Shown here one piece after another: positions 106,621 through 120,939 of a DNA stretch of 124,000 bases. Every line of letters starts with the position of its first letter. Positions within the stretch are counted from its first letter, which is position 1. This DNA comes from Wallemia ichthyophaga EXF-994 (lineage: Eukaryota > Fungi > Basidiomycota). A program made the translations under genes and the position numbers. The stretch covers positions 20,001-144,000 of the forward strand of contig NW_008806277.1 of assembly GCF_000400465.1 (NCBI RefSeq), read 5' to 3'. A model generated the notes under the pieces. The model was not told the origin of the DNA and made no database searches. It was given only the letters and a program-made list of their open reading frames with translations.

Positions 106621-107788
106621 ATGAATATTACAAACCTTGTCAACAGTGAGGGCAATAGCCATATCACCAAGGTGCCAAACCAGAACAAGCCATTCCAATG
106701 CACCTATGGTACCTGCACCAAGTCATTTGCCAGGAGATCTGACTTGCAGAGGCATTTAAGAATTCACTTGAATGAGAGGTGTGTCCGGTGTTTCAGGGGA
106801 TTACATATGCTCATAAACACCTAATAGACCATTTGGCTGTCCTGTTGACGGTTGCGGCAAAACCTTCATTCAACGTTCCGCCCTTACTGTTCATATTAGA
106901 GTACACACTGGTGAACGCCCCCACACGTGCGAGGAATGCTCAAAGTCTTTCTCTGACTCGTCCTCACTTGCACGTCATAGAAGAATTCACACTGGAAAGA
107001 GGCCCTATAAGTGTCCTATTCAAGGCTGTAGCAAGTCCTTTTGCAGGAAAACCACTCTCACTAAGCATACGAAGCGTAATCACCAGTTACACCTTGAAGA
107101 TAGGTCTCCTTCACCTCAAGTTGACCAAGTTGAGAAAGTTGACAAGTTAGACCACCCACAGCAACCAGCTTTGACTATACCACACACACTCTCGAACATC
107201 CACAACGTACAGCCTACAGAGTGTGTCCCTATCACGCAACCATCCCTCTACTCGCTTTCAATGGACCATAAGCCCCAACCATACATGCACACTCCGATAC
107301 CGCAGCTCTCTTCTTATCAGGATGATTCACCATCCAACTCAACCGTCTTTTCTTCACCAGCTACTCCTTCGTATTCGCAATCGCAGCCAGATTTCTTATA
107401 TACTCAGCCACCACCGCCTCACGCGTTCAATTTCTATGAGTCTGCCTCTCCATTCGTTTACTTGAATACACAGCTACAAGCACAGGCCAAGCACACTCAG
107501 CCTACACACACTCACGCTCATTACACTATAAATCATCACTCACAGCTACTTACTCCGCCTCAGTCTGCTGATCCAAACCAATTCGGTCCTTTCGCTTACG
107601 GTCCACCTCCAATGTCTCCAGTTGGAGTTGAGGACGAATTTGGCACATACCCATTCGTACCACCATCACCACCTCTGACAGGCTACTCGTCCACTCATTT
107701 TGACGAAAACGCTTATCAAGATCCATACCCATCCCAACCACACGTATTGACTGGATTGGGGTTAGATTTGGTACAGGATACCGAGTAG
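106621..107788 (+). CDS. C2H2 zinc-finger transcription factor
   Basis: Four fingers with HTGERP linkers across an intron; P/Q/S-rich C-terminus. Confidence 0.9.
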
Positions 107789-108061
107789 ATGTGATCATAA
107801 CTCGTAACTAAACTCTAATTGGGATAATTAGAGTTGTCTCTCATTTCAAGTATCTCAACTTTATCAGTTACGACACTTTCTCAATTTTCATCCTCGTGAT
107901 ACTATCATTCTGTTTGATTTCCGTTCTATTCGTTTGATTCGTTTTTGCGCTTACTCATTACTTTTAATAATCACTTTATATCCTTCTATATACCCGCTTG
108001 GACTATTTAACATCATTTTCACATTCATGAGTGTCATTCATTCGATTAACAGGGAGGCGCG

Positions 108062-109112
108062 TTAGGATTTGTGTTTCTGTTTCTTGTTTTGCTTCTTTTT
108101 GTTAAGCTTATCTTGAGATTTCTGAAACTCTTCCTCCGTGGGTTCATGGACTTGTTCTTGGTCTTCTTCATGGTCCTCTTCCTCCTCCACTGCGCGCTTC
108201 TTTTTATTCTTGGGCTCCTCCTGCTTGTCCTTACCCTTTCCTTTCTTAGGAGGTGCGTATTTAGCTTCTAGCGCGCCGACGAGATTATCAAGTTGGCTCT
108301 TACGTTTATCACCGCGTTGGGCAATAAGCTGAGCGAGAGCGGAGTCACCCTCGTCGCCCTCCTCATCTTCCCCACTTTCCCCACTTTCCTCTTGGAAATC
108401 GCTGCCCAGACCTAGCTCGCGCCTTAGTTCTGCAGCCTGCTCGGCCTCAGACTGAGCCTTGCTAGCGCGACTCTTGCGCGCGACGGGTTTAGACGATCTA
108501 ACGAATTTCTTCGAGTGCGCAAGTCGGCCACCGTCTATTTCACGCTGCAGTATGTCGATGAAGCGCTGCTCATCGTCCAGCACGCTAGCGTGAGGGATAT
108601 TTGCAAAGATGGCGTCGAGATCGCCGTCGCATGTCTCATAAGCGTGTTTCAAGTCGTTCAGTTCATCCTGCGAGCCTGAGCGGGAGTGGGAGAAATTGTG
108701 TTTGTGTTAGCCCCAACTTCTGATACACCCTCTACCCACCTTGATACCGCTCTCGATCTTCCGCTAGAGCTTCCCACGTGACGCGCTCGAAGAGGTCATC
108801 GAAATAATCTTCCCAGCTGTAGTCCTCCCCGATATCCACACCGAGATCTATCGACGATGTTCGGCCAGTCTTGTCGTACTGCTCACGCTTCTTGTCGTCC
108901 GATAGCACTGTATATGCGAAGGACACACGCTGGAATTGCTCAGATGCATCCTGCGATGGATTCTTGTCCGGATGACTCTCAAGCGCTAGTCGGTGGTACG
109001 CCTTCTTTATCGTCGATGTAGTGGGTAAGTCTTCCTGCTGCAATTGTAGCACTGCGTATAGATTCGGTGGGTCGGCACCGAATATCGTGTGCATTGGATC
109101 GCTGCTGTTCAT
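108062..109112 (-). CDS. DnaJ protein (DNAJC9-like)
   Basis: J domain with HPDKN; acidic/basic tail. Confidence 0.9.
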
Positions 109113-109254
109113 GTTAAGTGCTTCGTCGCGTGTCGCGTGTCGCGTGAACAAGAAGGAAGACGGAGTAATTAAAAAGTGAATTAGATACAATTTGCTTTCT
109201 ATTTGTATTCCTTACTATAAACTATATACCACATACCATAATTTATTCTACACA

Positions 109255-111149
109255 TTATACAGCACTCAACCACGCTTGTTCTGGCAGCACCTGTCTCATT
109301 ACATCCCAATGATGCATAGCTGATTTCTGCTGAACATTGTCGAGCTTCTTAGATTGGCCATCGTGCAAAACATCCTCATTGGAAGCCCCCACATAACCGG
109401 AAAGGTCGATTTCATTGCTAGTGAAACTGCTTAACACCCTAGTGCGCAGTATAGAGTTAAGCGTGTCGGCGCTAGTAGCTGGCCTGAAGTCCAAAGCTGG
109501 TTCAGCAAATTTAGTGCAGAAGACGACCATGTTGAGGAAAACCTCTTCCTCCTCCATCTTCTGGTTGACGGGGCGATCAGAGAAAGCGCGACACTGTGGG
109601 AAGGCGTGGAGGAGGGTGCCTATGACCATTCTTGTAGCTTGAGATGAAGCCACACCGGCAAAGTTGACGCCCAACACACCGCTCTCTTTCATTCCGTACT
109701 TGATTTGCTGCCATGACTCAGTCGTGTAAAGTCTTCCAGGCACACCTCCGCCTGTAAATACATCGTGGATCACATAGTCGAATTTGTCACTCTCACTGTC
109801 CATATCGACGATCCATTCTATCACTGCTCGACGCGCATCCGCCAACTTGAGGTGTTTGGGTGAAGGTGCTCCGAAATACTCCAAAGCATAATTGTAGACG
109901 GCTGGATCTATTTCTACAACTGAAAGTTCCAGGCCGTGCTTATCGAATGCAGTCGCTGAGACACCAATGCCTAATCCGATGATCAACGCTTTCTCCTGCT
110001 CGTTGAGCTGTTGGTGTTCCGGTCTATTAACAAGTCTGACTGCTTCTTGGAGAAGGAAAGTGGTGTAAATACTCTCGCTGTTGTTCACTACAACCTCATC
110101 ACTCAAGTCTACCTTGTTTCCGTATTGATTGATGAGTGACTCCTTTGATGGACCAACCCAGAGTCCACCAAGCAGGCTGTGATCAGCACGCATATACCTG
110201 AAACCTTGAGCTGCGTCTTCGCCGATGATTATCTGACCAGTAACTGACTGTGTGCGTGCGAGGATTGGATGGCCATCGACAGCCTCCCTTGGTGCAAAGT
110301 TTGAGATGGTGATAGCGAGCAGAATAACAGGGATAACAAGTAAGTTGCGTGATTTGGAGCTTGAGAAGATGCTTTCATTCTCAGCCTTACCAACGCCTAA
110401 AGAAATCAGGACAGAAATGAGTGCAGCTGGTAGAGAAACCAATTTGAGGAAGACAACGGGGTCTTGAGGCATGAGTGGAGAGAGGAAACCGCGTGTGAGC
110501 AATCTAGAGAAGCTAGTTTCAATGGAAGGGAACATAAATGAACCAATCAAAGGGAGAGCGTATTGGAATGAATCCGGACAGAGCTTTAGAAGATGTTCAT
110601 AGAGGTTGATAATGGCGAATATCCAGCTAGGGGCTTGGAGAATGGACCAGGCAATCCTAGGACCCCAAACGACACCCAATTGAGAAGACTTATTCGCAAT
110701 CAAGCGTATAGTGAATGGATTTGAAATAGCGCAGATGATTGCAACAGCGAATGGCTTCAAAGTCTTCCTAATCTTAATAGCTTTTTCGTTGTGCATTGCA
110801 AGTGGCAGAGGGAGTACAGATAACAAACCAGTGAGTACTTTATGCGGGGAATCAGTGTTTATACCGCCAAAGATGGGATTGAGGGATGATTTGATCAAAA
110901 AGGATTGGAATGATAATAAATAGGCTGTAATAGCGAATAAAGATGCTGTAATTGGGTTTGTTAGCGTATAACCACCTTACGTACGAATCCCCCACCAAGT
111001 TTGAACATTCTTACAAATGTGAACTGTTGTACGTAATCGATATTTCTAGCTTGATTCTCATTAGCCATGTGAAGCGCATCCATCAGTGTCGTTGGTTTTG
111101 CTGGCTGGGATGGCTGGGCCGGTTCAGATGCCTTCTTCTCTTGGGACAT
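109255..111149 (-). CDS. Membrane-bound spermidine-synthase-like SAM methyltransferase
   Basis: N-terminal TMs, MRADHSLLGG, ALIIGLGIG, VEIDPAV, YVIHDVFTGG; exon 110961-111149 joins via a 35-nt intron (inferred). Confidence 0.85.
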
Positions 111150-111246
111150 GATGGGCGTGGGTGGATAAGGGGCAATACAAACGTAAAATGAGAAATTAAA
111201 TCAATTTTATTTGTTTGTAATCGTCGCTTTAAATACATCTTCTAAT

Positions 111247-112895
<1,649 letters not shown>

Positions 112896-112984
112896 TTTTA
112901 CTATTTTTCAAGTTGAAGACGAGAGAGAGACCAAGTGGATTGCTACTCGTCGCTTTCAAGAAAAAATTAATAAAATTTATAAAA

Positions 112985-113676
112985 ATGGCTTCCAAGAATA
113001 TTAAATGCGTAGTGTGAGTTTGTTTGTATTTAAATATAAGCAATAAGCTTATCCAATCTCAACAGCGTCGGCGATGGTGCTGTTGGAAAGACGTGTCTGC
113101 TGATATCTTATACGACGAATCAGTTTCCAGTGGGTTATTTATTGTGTCTGGCGGTTCCATTCACTTAATTGCCTTTAGAGCGATTACGTACCCACCGTCT
113201 TCGACAATTACCAAGCCACGGTCCTTCTCGACGGCAAGCCTGTCCTCCTTGGCCTCTGGGATACTGCCGGTCAGGAGGATTACGACAGGCTGAGGCCCCT
113301 TTCATACCCCCAGACGGACATATTCCTTTGCTGCTTCTCTATCCACTCTCCCGCCTCGTTCGAGAACGTCAAGTACAAGTGGTGGCCGGAAATCTCCCAC
113401 CACGCTCCAGGTGTCCCTATCATCCTCGTCGGCACGAAGCTCGACCTCCGATCCGACCCGCAAGCCGTCAATGCCCTTAGAGCCCGTAGAATGGAGCCCA
113501 TTTCCTTTTCTCAAGGCGTTGAGCTTTCTAAAGACATCAACGCAATCAAGTACCTCGAGTGTTCCGCACTCACCCAAAAAGGCTTGAAAGGCGTCTTCGA
113601 TGAGGCTATCCGTGCCGTTTTGGTGCCTCAGGGACGCAAATCAAAGCGGAAGCAAAGAGGTTGCGTTTTGATTTGA
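112985..113676 (+). CDS. RAC1: Rho-family GTPase Rac1
   Basis: IKCVV|[46 protein letters not shown], CaaX CVLI. Confidence 0.95.
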
Positions 113677-113848
113677 TGTTATTCTCTAAACAATCTTGGA
113701 TGGGTTGTAAGCGAATGCTTCTCCACACCTTCTCCTCGTGCTAACGTATACCTCTCCTAAAAACACCGGCACAAGTCTCTTGTAATGTACATACATGAAT
113801 GAAATGAATGAATGAATATATGCATCGTCTTTCTCACTATCTTTTCTT

Positions 113849-115474
113849 TCACCTGTCCGGCGCCCCTATCCTTCCATGCTGCTGTTCCGACAGCAGGTAA
113901 GACTCGCACTGGCTTTGTGAGCCAAGGGGATATCTCAGCTGCCACAGGAGAACCAATTGATTGATAGCCTGCATCTGAGGACCAGGTTTGAGTTGCAAGA
114001 GGGTAAGGATGCGTTTACCGTCTACCAGAGGTCTCGACTCAAGTTCATGTGGGAGTTGAAGCATGTCGAGAGCAGCCTGCGTAAAAGAATTGTATGTGCC
114101 AACAATGCTGGTGATTTCCCCAGCCTTCAAAGCGTCGTCTGTGCAACCACCTGCGTAAAACGGCTCTGCGAGTTCCTTAGTGAGAGCGAAAAGTAGAGAA
114201 GCATTCCAATGTGTGCCTTGTACCGGACGATGAATGTGACCACTCCGTAAAGCACACGCGACAGCTACCCTGTCGCTTTTATCCACACTCCGCACATCTC
114301 TCTCCAGCTGCGCGCACGCCTGCACAAGATTATCCACATGACTTCTCTCCGCATTGCCCAGTTTGAGCCCATTGCTGATGATGGACGCGGGTGCACTCAC
114401 CTCCTTCTTCTTCTCGCGCACTGCCTTGCCGAAATAGGGAAGGAGCGCAACTGCCATCCATAGACGGCGGGTGAGTGTGGCATCGTGGAGCACTGCGCTG
114501 AACTGCTCACTCACCGCTGTGCTCAGCCCAAGTGTGTGCGGCGCGTGCAGCAGAAGGTGCAGGATGTGTCCGCCAGCCACCGCATATGAGGCTGATGAGG
114601 ATCGCAGTGACTGTATATTTTCTTCTCTACCTTGCCTAACATCCTCCACACCCACACTCCACCCAAACACCACGTCGTGCATCTGCGTATGTGCCAGGTT
114701 CTCCAGTGCGCTGAGTGGGCGGGATGAATTAAGCATTTTATCCACCTCGATACCGATGCGCTCGCGCGAGACATTCTCACATACGCCTTTTCGAATATCG
114801 CCGTGTCTAGCGGCGAGTATAATCTCCTGATCGAGAGCAAAGCCGTAACGAGTAGCGAATCGGATGCAACGAAGAACGCGAAGGGGGTCGTCAGCGAAAG
114901 TGGTAGCGGGGTGCAAAGGCGTGCGTACGAGACCTCTCTCTAGATCTTGCACACCACGCCCAGTGTAATCCTCCACTTGTCGCGTATGGATGTTGTAAAA
115001 CAGCGCATTGATCGTGATGTCACGTCGTAACGCATCTTCCTCCGCCGTCCCCAGGTTCATCTGAGGGATACGACTGCCCGTTGCGTACGTCTCTGAGCGT
115101 AGATTGACGAAATCTACCTCGTACCCCAGGAATTTCATCCTCGCTGTTTCGAGATGTTTGCTTTGGTCGGGGTTAGCGTTTATGCGTGCTATGGATATCT
115201 TGGTGGGTTTTTCGGGCGTGCCACTATCGCTGATATCGTGCACAGCGTGTGCTTCGATATACTTTGCCAACGCCTCAGCGAATGGTAGCCCATTCATTGG
115301 GGTTATGGCCACATCTATGTCGTCGGACGGCTTTCCAAGCAGCTTGTCACGCACCCACCCACCAGCTATACGCAGCTCTAGCTGACGCAGTGCACTATCC
115401 GACGTTCGCAACTCCGCCGTACACCCATTCAACACCTCACATAACCTCTGCTCACTCCTCGTCAAATCTATCAT
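113849..115474 (-). CDS. CCA1: tRNA CCA-adding nucleotidyltransferase
   Basis: IAGGWVRDKLLG, DDIDVA, EDALRRDITINALFYN, DDPLRVLRCIRF. Confidence 0.96.
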   Translation of the reverse strand: MIDLTRSEQRLCEVLNGCTAELRTSDSALRQLELRIAGGWVRDKLLGKPSDDIDVAITPMNGLPFAEALAKYIEAHAVHDISDSGTPEKPTKISIARINANPDQSKHLETARMKFLGYEVDFVNLRSETYATGSRIPQMNLGTAEEDALRRDITINALFYNIHTRQVEDYTGRGVQDLERGLVRTPLHPATTFADDPLRVLRCIRFATRYGFALDQEIILAARHGDIRKGVCENVSRERIGIEVDKMLNSSRPLSALENLAHTQMHDVVFGWSVGVEDVRQGREENIQSLRSSSASYAVAGGHILHLLLHAPHTLGLSTAVSEQFSAVLHDATLTRRLWMAVALLPYFGKAVREKKKEVSAPASIISNGLKLGNAERSHVDNLVQACAQLERDVRSVDKSDRVAVACALRSGHIHRPVQGTHWNASLLFALTKELAEPFYAGGCTDDALKAGEITSIVGTYNSFTQAALDMLQLPHELESRPLVDGKRILTLLQLKPGPQMQAINQLVLLWQLRYPLGSQSQCESYLLSEQQHGRIGAPDR

Positions 115475-115843
115475 TGTCTTTGGGTTGCTTGCAATTTTCG
115501 GATTTCTCGGTTTTAGCCGCCCTGCTGCCGTTCGAAGCCCGCGTATTATGATGGCGTGGTGGTATCGACTAGACACAAAACACAGGACAAGTAAAAACTA
115601 TCAAATGTATTGCTTGTAACAATTTGTATGCAGAAATATTAAAGTTTTCCGTATTATTGATTATTGATTATCGGCTGGGTATCTTGTATCTTGTATCTTG
115701 ACGTGGTGTAGAGTAGTCTAGAGTTGTTTCGAGGGGGCAAAAAAGGAACGACGAGGAGAACGAAACTTAGAACGAGATCAAAGGAGTGTGGAACGAGATT
115801 AACATTTAAAAGAGGAGCAAAACGTGATCATTTTCCATCTCTT

Positions 115844-117506
115844 TCAAGGTGTCCAAATCTACAAAAACATCGTTAGTAAACGCTTCAATAATCCACATTG
115901 TACGCTTCACCCACCTTAATAGTCCCATCTGAGCTAGCAGAAGCGATCACATTCAGTGGTCGTATCACAGTGTGTTCTTCTTTTTCTTCTTCTCGCTGGT
116001 GAACACTACGCAAGACATCGCCACTACTCATCGAACGCATGGTTGGGGGAGGATGAGGCATGCTGAACCTCCGATTAAGATTGTTGTTGTTGTTTTTACC
116101 CAAACCCATGCTCTTGCTCACTCCAACTTCAGGCATCGCTTGTCTCCCCCAACTGAGAGTGTTGACGAAATTCCTGTGTGCAGCTTCGATAGTCCGCGTG
116201 CACCGGCCCGTTGCGAGATCCCATATCTTGATTGACTTGTCTTCTGAGCAGGAGAGTAAATGGGTTCCAACTGGGTGGAACACTATGCTCTTCACCCAAT
116301 TGTCATGTCCATTGAAGGTATACACACATTGGAACGACGAAGTATCCCACAGTTTGACAGACTTATCACGCGATGCTGTGGCTAAGTATCTGTTGCGAGA
116401 TTGTGATTGCGATTGTGAGTGGGTCTTGTTATTAGGTATCCCATTGGTGCTCGCACTTCCACTAGCACGGTTATCCCGATTACTACCAGTACCACTTTCG
116501 CCTATCAATTGGTGGATATTAGCAATTGAGGTGGTTGGGGCCCAAGCGACAGACTCGACGACATGCTCATGGCCTCTCAATTCGCTCACAGTGGTGCCTG
116601 TAGCGGTATCGACAACCATTGCAGTCTGATCAGAGGAAGCGGTAGCGAGCAAGCTCGAGTCATCCGACGGGAGCACGACTCTGATCCAATCAGAGTGAGG
116701 GTGTATAGAGCGAGTGCAGTAACCTGTATGCACATCCCAGAAGCGGATTGATTCATCTCTTCCACACGAAATGAGCGTGTTGGTGTTGCTATCACTGAGG
116801 AAGCGCACGCAGCTCACACTCTCGTCGTGGCCGTAGAGTGTCTTGGTATTGGAGTACTCGCCTAGCGCATCCCATAGCTTGATGGAGGTGTCTGAGGAGC
116901 AGCTGGCGAGGAGTGTGCCGGTAGCGTCGTAGTCTACGTCAAGCACTGCCTTTGTGTGCCCTTTAAGCGTACGCTCACACTCTCCCACATCCCAGTCCCA
117001 GATCTTCACTGAACAATCGTCTGAAGCCGACGCTAAGAGGACGAACTTTGGGTGGAAAGAGAGAGCAACAACGGCAGATCTGTGGCCTGAGAGGGTGTGC
117101 TTGGGGAGTGAAGGGAGGAAGTGGGCCGTATTGTGCCTCTTTGTGGCCATTGCAGGGGTAGAAAGTTCGCTGGAAAGCTGGGAATTCTTGGATTCAAGTT
117201 CCATGACCTGTAGGGAGGGAGTGAGGGGAGTACACGCCGCTAATCACGCTCAGCGCACCTTCCTCTGCAATCTAATCACCGAAGTCCACTTTTTCTCCAA
117301 TAAACCGGCGTATTTTGCAGTGGGATCGAGCTTAATATCGTCCAAGCCAGCATCCAGCCTTAAAGCGCGTGCACTGTCTTCGTATCCGCAAGACTGGAGA
117401 TAGTCGAGTAGAGATTTGTGGCTAGATTATAGATGAGCGAGCGAAAAAAGATATGGGAGATAGCCACGCACAGCTCGTCCCTTTGCCGATCAGATAGGGG
117501 TGACAT
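115844..117506 (-). CDS. PAC1: Lis1/Pac1/NudF dynein regulator
   Basis: LSDRQRDELHKSLLDYL (LisH), WD40 repeats, IKIWTP*. Confidence 0.93.
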
Positions 117507-117750
117507 CTCTCGAAATAAAATATCAGTGATGGTTGTTATGGTTTAGAGCGCGTCATCGGTGTTGGAGAGGCGTGAAGGGGGAATTGGAGGAGAAGGAGGA
117601 GATGTAGAGATGAGCAATATACGCCGAGGAAAATAAGCAAGTCGATTGGTGGAAAATTGATTAAAATTTGCTTGGAATGTTTAAAGGTGATTTTTAGTCT
117701 GTGCACACTGATTAGCGTCTTGAGTCACGACGACGAAGAGAGAGGAATCG

Positions 117751-118823
117751 ATGGCAGCAGCAACAGCGTCAGCGTCACCAGTGATAAACAATCTAAACCC
117801 AGGCCAGTATGTTGGATTCGATTCGTGGGTTTTGTATAAATCACAGGGACTATCTGACAGCACACAGCATTACCCGCCAAATCGAGACTAAACTTCTCAA
117901 GCGTGGTTTTCAATTTAATGTTATGGTCCGTAGAAGCCTCGGAATCAATCAAATCTCACTCACCCCGCTCTCAGGTCGTCGGCCAAACTGGTCTCGGAAA
118001 ATCCACTCTAGTAAACACGCTATTCGCATCACAGCTGATCGATTCAAAGGGACGCTTGAACCCCGACGAGCAATCACGCTCTACCACTGAAATTCAGACT
118101 GTCTCCCACGTTGTCCAGGAAAATGGCGTTCGACTCCGCTTAAACATCGTAGACACCCCTGGCTTCGGCGATCACGTAAACAATGATGGCTGCTGGGAAC
118201 CTATCGTCAAATATATCAAAGACCAGCACTCTGCTTACCTCCGTAAGGAACTCACTGCGATGCGTGACAAGTACATTGTAGACACCCGAGTACACGCTTG
118301 TGTCTACTTTATCAACCCCTCTGGCCATAGTTTACGCCCTATCGACGTTATTGTCATGAAAAAGTTGGCTGAAGTCGTCAACGTTATACCTGTCATCGCC
118401 AAATCTGACTCTTTAACCTTAACCGAGCGTGAAGCGTTCAAGTCGAGAATCGCTTCTGAATTGGCTTACCACCAGATTAAAATGTATCCTTTTGACGCCG
118501 AAGACGACGATAGAGACGAGAGAGACATCAACGAAGGTGTCCGCGAAACTCTCCCTTTCGCTATTATTGGCTCACAGAAGACTCTCAACGTTAACGGCAA
118601 TCAGGTTAGAGGGCGTAAAACGCGTTGGGGCGTGATTGATGTTGAGAATGAAGACCACTGCGAATTTGTTAAGCTTCGTAACTTCCTCACTAGAACTCAC
118701 CTACAAGATCTCATCGAAACTACTGCGCAAATCCACTACGAGGCTTTTAGATCGAAGCAGCTGCTCGCTCTCAAGAACCAGGCTAACACCCCGTCTAAGC
118801 CTCAAGAAACTGCTTCTCCATGA
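117751..118823 (+). CDS. CDC10: Septin Cdc10/AspD type
   Basis: YVGFDS|ITRQIETKLLKRGFQFN, GQTGLGKSTL, DTPGFGD; no C-terminal coiled coil. Confidence 0.93.
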
Positions 118824-118934
118824 GTATGTGTTTGATATACCCTGAAATGAGCCAATGAGCCACTTGATTGTGTTAAGATTTTCACTTGTCTTGTCTAATT
118901 CCTTTTACATATACAATGCTTGTTGAATTTAACC

Positions 118935-119892
118935 ATGATGAGTGTCTTTAGTAAGGGTGCAGGGAATGTGCTGTTTAAAATGGACAGTGATATGCTTCTC
119001 AGAGTGAGGATGGATAAGGATGGAGAAGGGTGTATCGATAGCGAGGAGGAGTACGACGATGTTATCAGGAAAATTTTACCGTGGCTCAATCCTGCGCAGT
119101 TTCTGAGTGTGGATAATGACCAGCTGAAAGCGCTGGATCCTGACAACGCATATCACCTCACAACCTCAGCCCAAGTCACTGAAAATCTTATCAAGGAGTA
119201 TGATTTGGTGGTGGAAATAAAGGTGGGTGGTTGATCATATGTTTTGGCATCAGTCAGCTCACTCTCAGTAGCCAAAATGGGCATCTCTTCCTAATCCACT
119301 CTCTGTGGGTCTGAGACACTCGCGTATGAAGCTCAAGTGTAGCTTCCAGAGCGAGCGCTTGTTCTCGGAAAGCAGGCAGGAGCAGCTGGAAGAGCTATCT
119401 GGATTGATAGATGGTGATAGTAAGTTTCTCACTGTGTTTTCTAAAGGCAGGAAAGTGAGAATGGATAGTGAGACAATAGCCGGTAGACTACAGGAAGCGC
119501 TCAACGATAGCGGCGTTATGCGGGCTATAAAGTACTACCAGCTATACAGCGATCCCTTGGATATACAGCACATCTACCCGCTGGTCAAAGATACCAACAC
119601 ATGCAACCCATCCACCTCGTTTTTACGTGGCGTCATTAACAAGATACCAAAGCACCCGGGACTTCCGACGTGGGGGGATTTGAAGGCTTTTGGGGGAAGT
119701 CTGAGTGGGGAGGAGCTGCTCTACCTCTATTCATTATCGATGACGTTGCGCGATGTGTCTGTGTTAGTGAGATTGTCGCCAGAGACACAGCCAAAGGTGA
119801 AGGTAGTAGACGCAGACTACAAATGTCTATCTAGAATACACAAGTGGTATGAAAGTGACTGTAAATTAAATAATTTTCACGCGACCGGATAA
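118935..119892 (+). CDS. IPK1: Inositol-pentakisphosphate 2-kinase
   Basis: SKGAGNVLF, LLRVR, SMTLRDVSVLV, VVDADYK. Confidence 0.8.
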
Positions 119893-119943
119893 CCGGGTGT
119901 ATGACGGTGCATCACCAGATTAGCCTCTCACTCGCACACCACT

Positions 119944-120806
119944 ATGAACGCACTAAACTCACTGAAAATCAACGCCAACGTTACAAACTCATTAGAGTTG
120001 TTGAAATACACTAATGGTAGAGATAAAGTGTATCGCACGGCGCAATACGCAGCACGTTTACTCGCGTGGTTCTACTCGCGCTACGGTATTCCACAGGGCA
120101 CATTCGCAGGTGTCAGTCTCGATGCCATCAAGGGTGTTTTGAGTACATCGAGGAAGCTGATGCGTCTCGGCAAGCCAGTTGAAACGCTCACAGCAGCACT
120201 CAAGACGCTCGACGGCACGAGCAACAACGACATAATCGCCAGATCGCTCTCCGTGATTAGGAACCTCAACTACACTATCTTCCTCTCTTTTGATGGGTTG
120301 ATTTGGTTACATTCTACTAAGATACGCTGCGTGCAGAAATCTACCAATGAGAGATTCATCAGAAACGCTTACACGTTCTGGGCACTCGGCTTACTCTCTG
120401 GTGTTCTCTCTGGCGCTTACAAGGAGCAGATGCTGTCGCGCACCCTCCTCAAGGCTCGTAGACAAGCTCTGAGCGATGAGAAAGATGGTAATGCTAACGT
120501 TGAAAGGGTCGTTAGGTGGGCTCTTTGCTGATTGGCGGACTTTATGCTCTTACTCACTACCTTTACAGCCAACGCGCTTCTTCACGCAAAGCCATGCTTG
120601 AAGATGCCCTCAATCTGCTCATTCCTGTTAAGGGTCTCGATCTGTTTAATATCAACGAAGGTTTCGTTGGCGCAGCAGGGTGAGTCGGAGTCTCTGGCGT
120701 ACTAATTGCTTACTTAACCAACCCCCTCAGCCTCGTTACTTCACTTATGGGCTTACAGTCCCAATGGCACTCTGCCAGCGCTAGTACGGTTACAGCTAGT
120801 AAGTAG
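119944..120806 (+). CDS. PEX11: Peroxin Pex11
   Basis: TNGRDKVYRTAQYAARLLAW, SRKLMRLGKP. Confidence 0.93.
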
Positions 120807-120939
120807 AGCTGGAATGTGAATCTTAATGAGCATCTGTACAAATATCTGATTTCAATTTCAAACATTTATCATTCCAGCGTCATGTCCTTCTTCCACTACC
120901 GAATATACACAAATACAGTTTTAGATTAGAATAGGCCGA

